A stretch of 63,989 bases of DNA, filler included, from Thelocarpon superellum (Eukaryota), in the NCBI GenBank assembly GCA_026025795.1. It is 4 parts of 4 records of this genome, joined end to end, with 100 filler letters (N's around TTAATTAATTAA, not from the genome) between each part and the next. Parts side by side here need not be neighbours in the genome. Positions count along the whole stretch, not along the records: positions 50,258 to 63,989 come from JAPEUG010000454.1; 3 more parts are not named here. One strand, written 5' to 3'. Both the position numbers and the translations under genes were made by a program. The notes below the pieces were generated by a model. It made no database searches. It was not told where the DNA came from and worked only from the letters and a program-made list of their open reading frames with translations. Positions 62,531 through 63,989 of this stretch are shown piece after piece. How positions within the stretch are numbered: position 1 is the stretch's first letter; each line of letters begins with the position of its first letter.

Positions 62531-63964
62531 ATGGCGCCACTCACCATCCTCACCGACGACGAGGTCCGCAAGCTGCTGCATACCTTCACTCAAAATGATA
62601 TCATCAATCTCCAGTCCGTCATGGCCGAGGCTCTACACACCTATAGCACCGGGACGCAGGATGAATCCGCCTGTGCGGCGAATCAGCCGTTACGGACATC
62701 CATCACCCTCAAGAATGGCGCCACCACCCTCTTCATGCCGTCCAAGGGAGCAAATAGCACCGGGATGAAGATCGTGACGCTCTCGGAGGGAGACTCCACC
62801 AACACACCATCAACACCCTCCCTGAAATCGACGCCCTCGGTGGAATCTCGCGCCAGCTCGACCTCGGTCCACAGCACGACGTCGAGCGCCCATTCGAGCG
62901 GCACGATGGATACGTCCAGCCTGGCCAGTGCCCTGACTCGGCCAAGCACCACGCCTCAAGGGTCCCTCACGCTGCTGGACGGCGAGGGTGCCCCGGTCGG
63001 ACTGATGAACGCCGCGGAGCTCACGGCCTTCCGGACGGCGCTGGTGTCCACGATGTTGCTCAAACGGCGGGAGCACGTCAGCACCATCACGGTCTTTGGC
63101 GCGGGCAAACAAGCATACTGGCACATTCGACTGGCGCTGCTGCTTCGAGGAGCGGACATCAAACGCGTCAACATCGTCAACCGGACCTTTGCTCGGGCAC
63201 AACCCCTCCTCGAAGCTTTCTACGGTGTCAACGCGGATGGGATCAAGGAAAGCGACGCGACGGCGCCCTGGCGGGCTTTCGGTACGAAGTTCACGGTGCT
63301 GAGCACCGAGTACGGCGAATACGAGCGTCTGCTCAAGGAGGAGGTGCGCAAGGCGGACGTCATCTTCTGCTGCACGCCCTCGGCGGCGCCTCTCTTCCCC
63401 GCCGAACATCTCACGGCGACCGAAGGGCGCAAAAAGGGCCGGTACGTCACCGCCATCGGGAGCTACAAACGGCACATGTGCGAGCTGCACCCCGACATCC
63501 TCCGGCAGGCGGCCTCGCCGCCGCACCATTCCCACCACCACTACCACAAGCACGCACGCTCTGAAGGCGTCATCATCGTCGACTCCTTGACGGCCTGTCT
63601 GGAGGAAGCGGGCGAGGTCATCCAGGCCGGATTAGGCCCGGAACAGCTTGTCGAGCTCGGGGAGCTGGTGATGCTGAAGCGGCAGCATGAAGCGCGCCTC
63701 GCCTCGTCCCCGTCTCCCTCCACCTCCGCCTCCTCTGCCTCCCTGGGACCGGCTGGCAGCGGAAGCTCGACCTCCGCTTCCACGGGGACGTCGAGAAGCA
63801 GCGTCGACCAGCAGGAAGACGATCAAGGTCTGCGCGAGTGGCTCAGCAAGGGAAACGTGATTTATAAGAGTGTGGGTCTAGGGTTGATGGATTTGGCCGT
63901 TGGCATGGAAGTGATTCGCTTGGCTGGGAAGAGAGGCATCGGGACACGAATCGAGGGATTTTGA
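62531..63964 (+). CDS. Ornithine cyclodeaminase/mu-crystallin family protein (PrnX/YGL159W-like)
   Basis: TTLFMPS, LTAFRTA, FGAGKQAYWH, AIGSYK, EAGE and YKSVGLGLMDL; intronless. Confidence 0.92.
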   Translation: MAPLTILTDDEVRKLLHTFTQNDIINLQSVMAEALHTYSTGTQDESACAANQPLRTSITLKNGATTLFMPSKGANSTGMKIVTLSEGDSTNTPSTPSLKSTPSVESRASSTSVHSTTSSAHSSGTMDTSSLASALTRPSTTPQGSLTLLDGEGAPVGLMNAAELTAFRTALVSTMLLKRREHVSTITVFGAGKQAYWHIRLALLLRGADIKRVNIVNRTFARAQPLLEAFYGVNADGIKESDATAPWRAFGTKFTVLSTEYGEYERLLKEEVRKADVIFCCTPSAAPLFPAEHLTATEGRKKGRYVTAIGSYKRHMCELHPDILRQAASPPHHSHHHYHKHARSEGVIIVDSLTACLEEAGEVIQAGLGPEQLVELGELVMLKRQHEARLASSPSPSTSASSASLGPAGSGSSTSASTGTSRSSVDQQEDDQGLREWLSKGNVIYKSVGLGLMDLAVGMEVIRLAGKRGIGTRIEGF

Positions 63965-63989
63965 TTTCTTCTTGACACCATGTACTCTT

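Overview
Eukaryotic, GC-rich, intron-containing DNA from a filamentous ascomycete (Pezizomycotina; no finer taxon can be supported). About 27 protein-coding genes or gene fragments, mostly conserved housekeeping genes: GRC3, ubiquitin-S31, Ace2-like C2H2 TF, AUR1, prefoldin 3, LETM1-like, BBC1, RTR1, RPS17, MRP51, class II chitin synthase, queuine TGT, JmjC fragment, BVMO, CK2 beta, alpha/beta hydrolase, GprM-like GPCR, sterol-desaturase-like, MCU, SidL, peroxisomal thiolase, SET methyltransferase, RraA-like aldolase, NRAMP and ornithine cyclodeaminase-like. Three 100-bp N-TTAATTAATTAA-N spacers are assembly joins of unknown true size, and they truncate genes. No RNA genes, transposons or CRISPR arrays could be supported. 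Best leads: (1) a 4-exon secreted protein built from two tandem copies of a Cys-containing domain, possibly Ecp2/KP4-like; (2) a recurrent TAC-N2/3-GTA motif concentrated in upstream regions; (3) a sterol-desaturase paralogue that has lost most iron-binding His residues; (4) uORFs on the NRAMP leader; (5) a 10-nt microexon carrying the TGT catalytic DSGG motif; (6) an 18-bp CGG-N-CCG minisatellite upstream of CK2 beta. All calls are by eye, with no database searches; exon boundaries are predictions.
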